This document shows, one piece after another, positions 18,113-27,585 of a DNA stretch of 64,000 nt. The notes beneath the pieces are model-generated. The model was not told the DNA's origin. It worked only from the letters and a program-made list of their open reading frames with translations, and did no database searches. The DNA is taken from assembly GCA_900541725.1 (NCBI GenBank), contig UQLB01000005.1, positions 37,717 to 101,716 of the forward strand, given 5' to 3'. The stretch comes from an uncultured Collinsella sp. Its GTDB lineage: Bacteria > Actinomycetota > Coriobacteriia > Coriobacteriales > Coriobacteriaceae. A program made the position numbers and the translations under genes. Numbering within the stretch: position 1 is the stretch's first letter; each line of letters opens with the position of its first letter.

Positions 18113-19420
18113 ATGAGCAAGACAATAGTTAGGCCCACGCTTTCGCTGGGCAACCACATCTATCTGTATCGCCTGCTGCGCGATGCAATCGGATGCGGCA
18201 AGCAAACGTTTATGACGCAGGTCGAGGAGGCACTCGCCGCTGGTGACATGGCCGCTTATGACCTGGGCTTCGAGTCCACGCGCGAGCTGCTCGAGGAGCT
18301 CGACGACTGCATTAAGCTGACCGTCTTTAAGGGCGGTCGCCTGTATGCCACTGTCATCGCCAACGAGGCCTGGGATGCCGCCCTTGCCAAGGGCGAGGAC
18401 AAGCCCAAGGCAGCCAAGGGAGCCAAGCAGTCCTACAAAAAGAAAAAACGCGGCGAGAAGGACCTCAAGGCCGTGCGTCCCAAGCACGTTAAGCGTCCCG
18501 AGCCCGAGCCCGTGGCCGAAGTCGCTCCGGAGCCCGAGCCCGAGCCCGAGATCGAAGCCGCTATTGAGGTAACAGCAGAAGCCGAAACCGAAATCACTGC
18601 CACGACCGATCCCAAAGTCATATCCGAGCAGGAAGCCACTACGGAGCTCAACGAGGCTCCCAAGTCGACACCCGAAGAAGCCGCTAGCCAACCTGAGGCG
18701 CCTGCGCTCCAAAACAGCGATGTCTTTGGCGACGAGGCCGAGGACGATCAGCCCGAAGAGCCCGCAGAACAGGACGCTACCGAGGCGGCATCGGAGCCCG
18801 AGGCACCGCAGCCTGCCATCTCACTCACGGTCGTCTATGACCCCGAGAACGCCAACGCCGGCATCACCACCATGGCGTCCACGCCCATCGAGGCAAAGTC
18901 GAGCGTCGAGGACGAGAACGCGACGCAGGTTGAGGTTGAAACTGCAGCTGCAGACGCGCCCGCCACCGTGGAGCCCGCAGATTCCACGATCAAGCCGGAA
19001 GCGACGCCAGAGCCCGCACCCGTCATCAAATCCGTGCCCACCTCTGCTTGCGAACAAATTCCCGCACCGGCACCGGCTTCGGCACCCGCAGCGGCCCCAG
19101 CCCCCGCACCCGCAGCACCGACCATCCCCGAGGACTTCCCCGTCGATTTCGCAACCGAGGTCTTCTGCCCCGGCCCGCTTCTGCACCAGTTGTCGACCTA
19201 TCTCCCCTACGGCGCCGACACGCTCGGCATTGTCGGCGAGTACTACTGGATCGCCCGCGAGCGCGGTACCATCGAGGCCGCGCGAAACCGCGCAAGCTTC
19301 CCCCTGTGCTACACGCAGGCCGGCGAGCGCCGCGAGGTTACCGTGCGCATCCGCCGCAACACCACCGGCGGTCTCGGAGCCGCCTGGGGCATCGACAAGG
19401 TCGAAGCCCCGGTCGAGTAA
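18113..19420 (+). CDS. Hypothetical protein with a conserved N-terminal domain, a Pro/Glu-rich (PEPEPEPE) acidic linker and a conserved C-terminal domain
   Basis: ORF 18041..19420. Start at the ATG at 18113 (MSKTIVRPTLS) with AGGAGA SD. Confidence 0.6.
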   Translation: MSKTIVRPTLSLGNHIYLYRLLRDAIGCGKQTFMTQVEEALAAGDMAAYDLGFESTRELLEELDDCIKLTVFKGGRLYATVIANEAWDAALAKGEDKPKAAKGAKQSYKKKKRGEKDLKAVRPKHVKRPEPEPVAEVAPEPEPEPEIEAAIEVTAEAETEITATTDPKVISEQEATTELNEAPKSTPEEAASQPEAPALQNSDVFGDEAEDDQPEEPAEQDATEAASEPEAPQPAISLTVVYDPENANAGITTMASTPIEAKSSVEDENATQVEVETAAADAPATVEPADSTIKPEATPEPAPVIKSVPTSACEQIPAPAPASAPAAAPAPAPAAPTIPEDFPVDFATEVFCPGPLLHQLSTYLPYGADTLGIVGEYYWIARERGTIEAARNRASFPLCYTQAGERREVTVRIRRNTTGGLGAAWGIDKVEAPVE

Positions 19421-19422
19421 AA

Positions 19423-19462
19423 AAGGCCTCGGATAGCCAATTGACCATCCGAGGCCTTTTGA
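19423..19462. terminator. Bidirectional rho-independent terminator
   Basis: AGGCCTCGGAT-agccaattgacc-ATCCGAGGCCT followed by TTTTGAATT, with an A-run on the other side. Sits between convergent genes. Confidence 0.65.
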
Positions 19463-19473
19463 ATTCAGGCCTT

Positions 19474-19893
19474 TTAGTTGTCATCGGTGCATATAGACAC
19501 CAGAGAAGCAAGCTCATCCTCAAGTTGCGGAGCAAAGTATCTAAAAGAAACCTGCGCTCCAGTCGGTATCGACTCAATCATATTCGCAGCATTATCTGAG
19601 ACTCGGTACGGTGCAGTTTCACCTGTCTTTAAATCCTCTATTGAGCAGACAGCGTCTTCAGCATCAACCGACCTAAGCACGCCTTTTCCTTGTAACATCA
19701 CATCGGCATGCCCGCCAGCTATTTCTAATGAACCTGAGTCTGTCGCAGTCACTTCTCCGGAACCTCCGCGCGATATCTCTTCCTTTGTTGAACAGCCCAC
19801 CAATGAAGCCATCAGCACCAAAGACAGGGCTAGACGAATCGCCCTACTTCGAAAAAGTCGTTCCATAAGTCCACGCATAATAGCTCTGATCAT
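19474..19893 (-). CDS. Putative lipoprotein
   Basis: 139 aa. Signal peptide ending LMASLVGC-S (lipobox). Lower GC. The true start is probably a downstream Met, because the ORF overlaps the upstream gene. Confidence 0.55.
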   Translation of the reverse strand: MIRAIMRGLMERLFRSRAIRLALSLVLMASLVGCSTKEEISRGGSGEVTATDSGSLEIAGGHADVMLQGKGVLRSVDAEDAVCSIEDLKTGETAPYRVSDNAANMIESIPTGAQVSFRYFAPQLEDELASLVSICTDDN

Positions 19894-20971
19894 ACTTCAG
19901 GAAGGATAAAGATGAATTCCAGCCGTCCGCTATGCCAATCATCTGCCTTGTCTCTCCAGTTTTCTTACCAGTAAGTGTGGCGTAAGCCTCCGCTGTTACA
20001 GAATGGGCTGATCCGTTGTACAAACTCGCATGTAAAACATTCGGTCTATTAGAGTTAATCTCATTTTGAATGCTCGCGATAGCCGGAGAGGAGACAGTGC
20101 GGGCGATAAGAGTACTTCCTCTGCTTGCGCAGTAATTTGTAAACCCCGTTGCACAGGTTGATATCGGCGTTCCACCCAAAACAACGCCGGGAACAGTCTG
20201 TTCTTCATCGGAAAGAGCATGGGTATTGGTGTAACTCCATATCTGCATATATTGCGAAGGGTCGCTATATAAATTGGCAATGCCATACAGTTCCGCAACG
20301 TTCGAAAAAGCTGTCACCATACAAGCATAGTGGGCGGTAAGCCTCTTAATCTCGCTTTCATCATATGACATAAACTGAGAAATGGAACGAAATCCAGATA
20401 CTGTGTAATCCTGCATTTGAGTTGCGTAAATTACAACATCGTTCCAGCTTGAAGGTTTATTCGATAAAACGACAGGCCGTCCTTCTATGGAAACAGCCGG
20501 GATTGTTCTTCCGCAATTTGTTGTTATTGAACCGTCCAAAGATTGCACGCCGAATTCGAATGGATTGATCATTACGACTGGGTTATTGAAAGAATAAGAC
20601 TCGACACCAAGATCTCCTCCCCGATCCATAGGGCTGACTAAGCCGTCTCCAAAACGATATCCCGTAAGTATTTCATCATCTGAAGCATCTAAAACCAAAT
20701 AGCCCGCGGCTCTATTGGATGTCACAACCGGAACAATGTAACCAAGCGGGGACCCATCAACATCTACAAAAGGAATAGGGTCAGAAGGCGTATACGAATA
20801 GCCGAGGAGTCCCTTTATATATTTATCGGCAAGCTCTTGCGCAATTTCAGAAGTAAATTGTATCTGCTCACCATCAATATTGCCCGTCGAAGCAAAAACC
20901 TCTTTCGGACGTGCGGCTAAGGCGACAATTGAAGACGCGACAAGTTGCAGAAAACGACGACGCGAAAGCAT
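19844..20971 (-). CDS. Tat-secreted protein, possible papain-like (Cys...His...Asp/Asn order) cysteine peptidase
   Basis: 375 aa. MLSRRRFLQLVASSIVALAARP twin-arginine signal. Candidate catalytic Cys in HYACMVTAF, then GSAHSV, then ADGWN. Lower GC (about 47%). Confidence 0.55.
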   Translation of the reverse strand: MLSRRRFLQLVASSIVALAARPKEVFASTGNIDGEQIQFTSEIAQELADKYIKGLLGYSYTPSDPIPFVDVDGSPLGYIVPVVTSNRAAGYLVLDASDDEILTGYRFGDGLVSPMDRGGDLGVESYSFNNPVVMINPFEFGVQSLDGSITTNCGRTIPAVSIEGRPVVLSNKPSSWNDVVIYATQMQDYTVSGFRSISQFMSYDESEIKRLTAHYACMVTAFSNVAELYGIANLYSDPSQYMQIWSYTNTHALSDEEQTVPGVVLGGTPISTCATGFTNYCASRGSTLIARTVSSPAIASIQNEINSNRPNVLHASLYNGSAHSVTAEAYATLTGKKTGETRQMIGIADGWNSSLSFLKYDQSYYAWTYGTTFSK

Positions 20972-21215
20972 ATGTTCTTCTTTCTAGAGAAGCGACTTAT
21001 AAGGTACTCCTATTCTATAATCTTTTTTGTAACGTTACAGCACTGGTTATATTTCAATTCGATTTGCTTATGTCCTTGCAACCCAATGCGTCTTTACGTT
21101 TTAAACGGAATTAGAAAATCGCTCATAGCAAAAACGGGCTTTAATCCCAAAGAGATAACTTTGATTATGAATCAAACCAGCAGCCAGGGCATAGCTGCAG
21201 TGCAATTGCTACAAG

Positions 21216-21242
21216 AAAGGCCGCCCTTGGTGGCGGCCTTTC
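21216..21242 (-). terminator. Rho-independent terminator downstream of ettA
   Basis: AAAGGCCGCC-cttggt-GGCGGCCTTT with flanking T-run on the minus strand. Confidence 0.6.
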
Positions 21243-21251
21243 TACTTGCTA

Positions 21252-22931
21252 CTAGTCGCGCGTCAGCTTACGGTGAATACGATGCGGCTGGGCCGCGTCC
21301 TCGCCCAGGCGCTCGATGCGGTTGGCCTGATAGGCCTCGAAATTACCCTCGAACCAATACCAGTTGCCCGGATTCTCGTCGGTGCCCTCCCACGCCAGAA
21401 TGTGCGTGGCGACGCGGTCCAGGAACATACGGTCATGGCTAATGACCACCGAGCAGCCCGGGAACTCGAGCAGCGCCGCTTCGAGCGAGGACAGCGTCTC
21501 GACGTCGAGGTCGTTCGTAGGCTCGTCGAGGAGCAGCAGGTTGCCGCCCTGCTTGAGCGTGAGCGCCAGGTTCAGACGGTTACGCTCGCCACCGGAAAGT
21601 ACGCCAGCGCGCTTCTGCTGGTCCTGGCCCTTAAAGCCAAAGCTCGCCACATAAGCGCGGCTCGGAACCTCGGTCTCGCCGACCATCATGTGGTCCAGGC
21701 CGTCCGAGACGACCTCCCATAGGTTCTTATCGGGGTCGATGCCGGAACGGTTCTGGTCGACATAGGAGATCTTGACGGTCTCGCCCACCTCAAGCTCGCC
21801 CGAAGTCAGCGGCTCCAGACCCACAATCGTCTTGAACAGCGTGGTCTTACCGACACCGTTGGGGCCGATGACGCCCACGATGCCGTTGCGCGGCAGGGTG
21901 AACGAAAGGTCATCGATGAGCACGCGGCCATCGAACTCCTTGTGCAGATGATGGGCCTCGAGCACCTTGTTGCCCAAACGCGGGCCCACAGGGATGCGGA
22001 TGTCGGTCCAGTCGAGCTTCTGGCTTGCGCGGGCCTCGGCCTCCATCTCCTCGTAGCGAGCCAGACGGGCCTTGTTCTTTGCCTGGCGAGCCTTGGGCGA
22101 GCTGCGCACCCACTCGAGCTCGGCCTCCATGCGCTTGGCGAGCTTGGCGTCACGATTGCCCTGTGCCTCGATACGCGCGGCCTTGGTCTCCAGATACGTG
22201 GAGTAGTTGCCCTTGTAGGGATAAAGGTGACCGCGGTCGACCTCGCAGATCCACTCGGCAACGTTATCCAGGAAGTAGCGATCGTGCGTGACGGCAAGCA
22301 CCGCGCCCTGGTAGTTGTGCAGGAAGTGCTCGAGCCACAGGATCGACTCGGCGTCCAGGTGGTTCGTGGGCTCGTCGAGCAGCAGCAGGTCGGGAGCCTC
22401 GAGCAGCAGCTTGCACAGGGCCACGCGACGGCGCTCGCCGCCGGAAAGCACGTTGACCGGCATGTCGGAATCGGGCAGCTGCAGGGCGTCCATGGCCTGG
22501 CCGAGCTTGGAATCGATATCCCAGCCATCGGCGGCATCGATCTCGTCCTGGAGCTTGCCCATCTCGGCCATGAGGGCATCCATGTCGCAATCCGGGTCGC
22601 ACATCTCCTCGCCGATCTTGTTGAAGCGATCGACCTTGGCGATCATATCGCCAAACGCCATGCGCACGTTCTCGATGACGGTCTTGTCATCGTCGAGCGG
22701 CGGCTCCTGCTGCAGGATGCCCACGGTGTAGCCGGGGGTGAGCCTGGCATCGCCGTTGGAGACCTCCTCGATGCCGGCCATGATCTTGAGCAGGGTCGAC
22801 TTGCCCATGCCGTTGGGACCCACGACGCCGATCTTGGCACCGGGGTAGAAGCTCAGGGTCACGTCGTCAAGGATTACCTTGTCGCCATGGGCCTTGCGAG
22901 CCTGATACATCTGGTAGATAAACTCCGCCAT
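21252..22931 (-). CDS. ettA: Energy-dependent translational throttle protein EttA (ABC-F ATPase)
   Basis: 559 aa. Two ABC cassettes with Walker A GPNGMGKST/GPNGVGKTT, LSGGE signatures and the interdomain linker typical of EttA. Confidence 0.95.
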   Translation of the reverse strand: MAEFIYQMYQARKAHGDKVILDDVTLSFYPGAKIGVVGPNGMGKSTLLKIMAGIEEVSNGDARLTPGYTVGILQQEPPLDDDKTVIENVRMAFGDMIAKVDRFNKIGEEMCDPDCDMDALMAEMGKLQDEIDAADGWDIDSKLGQAMDALQLPDSDMPVNVLSGGERRRVALCKLLLEAPDLLLLDEPTNHLDAESILWLEHFLHNYQGAVLAVTHDRYFLDNVAEWICEVDRGHLYPYKGNYSTYLETKAARIEAQGNRDAKLAKRMEAELEWVRSSPKARQAKNKARLARYEEMEAEARASQKLDWTDIRIPVGPRLGNKVLEAHHLHKEFDGRVLIDDLSFTLPRNGIVGVIGPNGVGKTTLFKTIVGLEPLTSGELEVGETVKISYVDQNRSGIDPDKNLWEVVSDGLDHMMVGETEVPSRAYVASFGFKGQDQQKRAGVLSGGERNRLNLALTLKQGGNLLLLDEPTNDLDVETLSSLEAALLEFPGCSVVISHDRMFLDRVATHILAWEGTDENPGNWYWFEGNFEAYQANRIERLGEDAAQPHRIHRKLTRD

Positions 22932-23114
22932 ATGTCTGTTCTATCCTTTCTACCTGCTGTTTCCCTATTCTTGATTCGCTTTAGTGGAAACGAAATGAGG
23001 AAACCAGCTCTGAAACTTAACGAAAAAGGGGCATGGTTGCCCACGCCCCTAATACTACCTGGGAAAAGTCCCCCGGAACATACTATGAACTGCGTACGCT
23101 AGTTTTCCGCAACC

Positions 23115-23819
23115 TTAACGAGCGGCTCGCTGCGATTTGCGCCACAACAGATACGAGTAGACGTAGACGGCTCCAACCGAACCAAACGCCAGAACCGCAA
23201 TCACCGCGGCGACGACTTCACTCGAAAGCACGCTGCCTGCCACGCCCATCACAATCAGGCCAATACCCAGCACCATAAAGCAGGCACCGCCAAAGCGCTG
23301 CGTACGGCGCCAGTTCTCGGGATCGGCAAGCGCCCAGGGTGTCTTGATACCGAGCGTATAGTTCTGCTTCACACGCGGCAAGTAGTTGCCTACGCCGATG
23401 AACAGCAAACCGACAACACCGGAAATCAGCACGTTGACCGAACCGACCGCCGGCACCACGCCCCAGACCGTAAGCTCTCCCAGCCAGCTTATGGCGCACA
23501 TGAACAAGGTGAAGGCGATTACGAAGCCCTGGTAGAACTTGCCCGAGGTTCGATATGCCTCACCTTTGGGGTCGATGCGCGGCACCACGCAGAACATTGC
23601 GAGAAGCGCCAGAGGCAGCGCGCCGAGCGCGGAGGCCATCCAGCTAGGACCCCAACCGTCGACGGCGCCGTTCGCGCCCCAGTGCGTGGGAATCTGCGCA
23701 GGCAAGCTCGGCATCACCATGAGGTGCGCTACGACATTGACGGCGCACAGAGCGACCAGCGCAATCCACACGCGCGACGATACCCCCGTGGGGTGAATGC
23801 CCTTGTTTTCGTTATTCAT
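23115..23819 (-). CDS. SdpI/YhfL family membrane protein with N-terminal DUF1648 (immunity/signal-transduction protein)
   Basis: Start at the ATG at 23819 (MNNENKG) overlapping the arsR stop (ATGAATAA). NYTLGIKTPWALADPENWRRTQRF matches the SdpI family. Confidence 0.7.
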   Translation of the reverse strand: MNNENKGIHPTGVSSRVWIALVALCAVNVVAHLMVMPSLPAQIPTHWGANGAVDGWGPSWMASALGALPLALLAMFCVVPRIDPKGEAYRTSGKFYQGFVIAFTLFMCAISWLGELTVWGVVPAVGSVNVLISGVVGLLFIGVGNYLPRVKQNYTLGIKTPWALADPENWRRTQRFGGACFMVLGIGLIVMGVAGSVLSSEVVAAVIAVLAFGSVGAVYVYSYLLWRKSQRAAR

Positions 23820-24090
23820 CCTTATCACCTTCAGTGTTTGTAAAGCCCATAAACCAGCCAATTAAATCCTGCATGACGGTGGTGTTTAAGCTGTATACGA
23901 TGTTTTGGCCATGGCGCTCGTCGGTCACCAACCCGGCATTTTTGAGCGTCGCCAAGTGATGGCTTAGCGACGGCTTACTGATATCGAAATGCTCGGCAAG
24001 CTCCCCCGCCGTGCAATTGCCCTCGCGCAGCAACTCCAAAATGCGCCGTCGCGTTGGATCGGCAAGCGCCTTAAAACCCTCTCCCGGCAT
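23812..24090 (-). CDS. ArsR family transcriptional regulator (SdpR-like autorepressor)
   Basis: KALADPTRRRILELLREGNCTAGELAEHFDISKPSLSHHLATLKNAGLV winged-HTH. Start probably the Met at 24090. Confidence 0.8.
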   Translation of the reverse strand: MPGEGFKALADPTRRRILELLREGNCTAGELAEHFDISKPSLSHHLATLKNAGLVTDERHGQNIVYSLNTTVMQDLIGWFMGFTNTEGDKDE

Positions 24091-24388
24091 AAGACCTCCT
24101 CTTATCATCTCTCATGACGCGCACACTATACTCGATATTTAGATGTTTGTCTAACTATCTAATCTTACACTCAAAAAATAGCCGCCCCCGCGTAATGCGA
24201 AGACGGCCACTTCTCACGCTACAAACGTGTTTGGGAGTTGGCCAACCCGCGGCAACGGGTGCCATCTGCTTCATCTTATGCGAATCACTGCCTCATTTCA
24301 ACAAGCCCCTAGGGCTCAAATGGAATCGCGATAATACCTATAATGACTATAGCTAAAACACGATTCGCTTCCCCATCGGAGGATGTCT

Positions 24389-25186
24389 ATGACCGAAACC
24401 ACAGCCGCAACCCCCAACGAGACACGCGACACCAAGCTCGAGATCATCATGGGCCGCGAGGCGCTCGACAAACTCGCCGCCGCCACGGTGCTGGTGCTCG
24501 GCTGCGGAGGTGTGGGCTCCAATTGCTGCGAGGCACTTGCCCGCGGCGGCATTGGTCATTTCGTCATTCTGGATAAGGACATCATCGCGCCCAGCAATAT
24601 CAATCGCCAGGCCATCGCCTTTCAAAGCACCATCGGCAAGCGCAAGGTCGATGTTATGGAAGCCATGATCCACGACATCAATCCAGCCGCTACCGTCATC
24701 AAGCGCACCGAATACCTGTTGAGCGACAATATCGACGAATTTTTCGCGCGCGTTTTGGAGCAGACGGACGGCAAGCTCGACTACGTCGTCGACGCCATCG
24801 ACACCATCTCGGCCAAGCTCACCATTGCCAAATATGCTCAGGACCACGACATTCGTTTGGTTAGCTCCATGGGCGGGGCCAACAAGCTCCATCCCGAGTG
24901 CCTCCGCTTTGCCGACATTTTCGATACGGTACGTGACCCCATGAGCCGCATCATGCGCAAAGAATGCAAGAAGCGCGGAATCAAGAGCCTACATGTACTG
25001 TTTAGCTGCGAGGAATCGGTTAAGACGCAGCCCCGCGACCCTTCCAATATCCACGAGCGCACCGAGCTAGGAACCGCCAGCTTTATGCCGCCCATCATGG
25101 GTCAGATGATTGCCGGCGAGGTTATCCGCCAGATCAGCGGCCGCGGCACCGAACGTGTACGCTCCGATGGCCAGCGCCTGGACTAG
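24389..25186 (+). CDS. tcdA: tRNA threonylcarbamoyladenosine dehydratase (ThiF/MoeB/HesA-type E1-like)
   Basis: LVLGCGGVGSNCCEALARGGIG nucleotide-binding motif. GGAGG SD before the second ATG. Confidence 0.8.
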   Translation: MTETTAATPNETRDTKLEIIMGREALDKLAAATVLVLGCGGVGSNCCEALARGGIGHFVILDKDIIAPSNINRQAIAFQSTIGKRKVDVMEAMIHDINPAATVIKRTEYLLSDNIDEFFARVLEQTDGKLDYVVDAIDTISAKLTIAKYAQDHDIRLVSSMGGANKLHPECLRFADIFDTVRDPMSRIMRKECKKRGIKSLHVLFSCEESVKTQPRDPSNIHERTELGTASFMPPIMGQMIAGEVIRQISGRGTERVRSDGQRLD

Positions 25187-25200
25187 CGAAGCGCGCCGAG

Positions 25201-25983
25201 ATGGAGCCCCAGTTATTTGATGCACACTGCCATCTTGATTTAATGGCTCACCCGGACGCCGTTGCCGATGAGGCAACGGCGCTGGGCTTGGCTCTATTTG
25301 ATTGCGGCGTCGATCCACGCGACTTCGCTAGCGCACATGGGCGAGCCCGTCGCCTTCCCACCGTCATCAAGGGCATCGGCCTCCATCCCTGGTGGCTCGC
25401 CGACGGCCGCTGCGGTCCTGCCGAAGTCAATCTGCTTTGCGAAGTTGCTGCCCAAGAGCGCTACATCGGCGAAGTCGGACTCGACTTTTCCGCGCGCTTT
25501 GCTGGAAGTGAGCCGCTACAAATACAGGCACTTGACCGGCTCTGCGATGCGCTCGTGCGGCATCCTCTTACCGGGCGCGTGATATCAATTCACGCCGTTC
25601 GTTCAGCAGGAGCCGTACTGGACGTCCTCGAATCGCATGGACTACTCATCCCAAACTCCGACTCCCCCGTTATCATCTTCCACTGGTTTAGCGGCACTTC
25701 GGACGAACTCGTCCGCGCGCGTAATGCAGGCTGCTATTTTTCCGTCAACGAACGCATGCTCGCCACCAAGCGCGGTCGCGAATACGCACGACAGATTCCA
25801 CTCGACCGTCTACTGCTCGAGACCGATGCGCCGGCCGAGACAAACACAGAAACAAGCGCGCAATCGCTCATCAGATCGCTCACAAGGACCTCGATGCGCA
25901 TTGCCTCGCTCAAAATCTGCGATGCAAAGCGCATTGAGTCGGCAGTTTTAGCAAATGCGCGCTCTGTATTTGACCTTCGCTAA
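25201..25983 (+). CDS. tatD: TatD family metal-dependent hydrolase/DNase
   Basis: 260 aa. FDAHCHLD N-terminal motif and LETDAP C-terminal motif. Confidence 0.85.
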   Translation: MEPQLFDAHCHLDLMAHPDAVADEATALGLALFDCGVDPRDFASAHGRARRLPTVIKGIGLHPWWLADGRCGPAEVNLLCEVAAQERYIGEVGLDFSARFAGSEPLQIQALDRLCDALVRHPLTGRVISIHAVRSAGAVLDVLESHGLLIPNSDSPVIIFHWFSGTSDELVRARNAGCYFSVNERMLATKRGREYARQIPLDRLLLETDAPAETNTETSAQSLIRSLTRTSMRIASLKICDAKRIESAVLANARSVFDLR

Positions 25984-26062
25984 CCCCTGTAGGCAAAAAT
26001 GCCAAGGAACATGCGAATCGCACAACGCAGTCCCTATTGGAAGGCAGTACAGTTCGACAGCA

Positions 26063-27579
26063 TTACACCAATTCGTGCATGAGATCACGGTTGCGTGCGT
26101 ACAATTCGTCAAAGATATGGCGGCGCGACGCATATAACTCGTGGGCAGTCATATCGGGCACGATTGTTTGCGCAACGCCAAGGACTTGGGCGAGCTCATC
26201 CCACGATGCATAGGCGCCACCTGCGAGAGCTGCCATGATGGCATCACCGAAGCATGCGCCCACCGTAACCTTGGCAACCGAGACCTCGCGCCCGCATACG
26301 TCGGCGATGGCCTGCATCGAAATGGATTTTTGGTTCCACCTCCGACAAGCATAATGCGCCCAATTGGCAGTCTATGCTCTCGCTCGATAATGTCGACATG
26401 GGATGCAACGGTATACGCGACGCCTTCCAAGGCGGCGCGAACCATATGGGCTCGCGTATGCCTTCCGGTCAGGCCAAAGAAGACGCCGCGCGCCTCGGGA
26501 TCGTTGAGCGGAGTACGCTCCCCCGCAAAGTACGGCAGACACAGGAGCCCATCGGCACCCGGCGCCACATCGGCGGCATCATGCGCCATAACCGAATAGG
26601 CATCGGGACCACCGTGGCCCTCGGCCTCCACGGCGTCGCGATACAGCTCTTGGCGCAGCCACGATGTGAGTGCGCCCGCCGTATTGGTCCCCGCGCAGAT
26701 CCCGTAAGTTCCGGGAATGATAAACGTCCCCGGCCACAGGCGGGCATCATCGATCATATGATCAGCTAGGTAGATGAAATACGCCGTGCTCCCCAACTGA
26801 ACCATCATATCGCCGGGACGGAATACACCCGTCGAAATGGCCTCGGCACCAGAGTCGCCCGTTCCCACTAAGACAGGTGTCCCTGCCGCGAGCCCCGTCG
26901 CCTCAGCCGCACGCTGCGTAATCACCCCGGCAATATCAGTAGCCGACATTACCTCCGCCATCTGGTCAGGCCGGCAGAAACGAGCACATTCCCGAGCATC
27001 AACCTTCCAAGTAAAGCGGTCGTATAGGGGAAGAAAATCCTCCGCCAAATAACGGTCCACCGTAAAACGCCCCGTCAACTTTGCGCATTGAAACGACGAC
27101 GCCGTCAGGAACTTCGCGGCACGTTCGTGCACCTCGGGCATATTCTCCTTAAACCACAAGATCTTGGGAGCAATATCTGACGAACAGGGATCGTGCCCGA
27201 AAAGTTCGCGTGCGCGGTCTGGCCCATATTCGGAAAGAAGCTCGTCAATCTGCGGCTTCGAACGTGCATCGACTCCATACAAAATCGCGGGCGCCAGCGC
27301 GTTGCACTCGGTATCGACCGGCACACAGTCGCAACCCAATGCGGAAAGGCCCACGCATCCGATCTGTGCCGCGTTAACCCCCGATCGCGCCACCAGTTCG
27401 CGCGACAAGCGGCAAAAATCGCCCCACCAAACTGCCTCCGCATCATGCTGGTACCATCCATCACACGGGTTGTCCGTCTCATGTCCACAAGAGGCTTGGC
27501 AAACGATGTCGCATCGATCATCGATTAAAACGCCTTTAGAGGCGCTTGTCCCAATATCAATACCCAGATAGAACACCAT
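26063..27579 (-). pseudogene. FGGY family carbohydrate kinase (xylulokinase-like), apparently frameshifted
   Basis: The 476-aa ORF carries the N-terminal FGGY domain (YLGIDIGTSASKGVL) and runs to ...VGGGTKNP, then into nonsense. The canonical C-terminus (MQAIADVCGREVSVAKVTVGACFGDAIMAALAGG...) is in another frame as ORF 26063..26317. The shift lies near the gatttttgg homopolymer at about 26320-26340. Confidence 0.7.
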
Positions 27580-27585
27580 AGGTGC

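Noticed and set aside
21942-23102. 386-aa plus-strand ORF opposite ettA (and other ORFs 21246..22731 in alternate frames)
   Set aside because: ettA is complete and highly conserved on the minus strand. These are high-GC alternate-frame artefacts.
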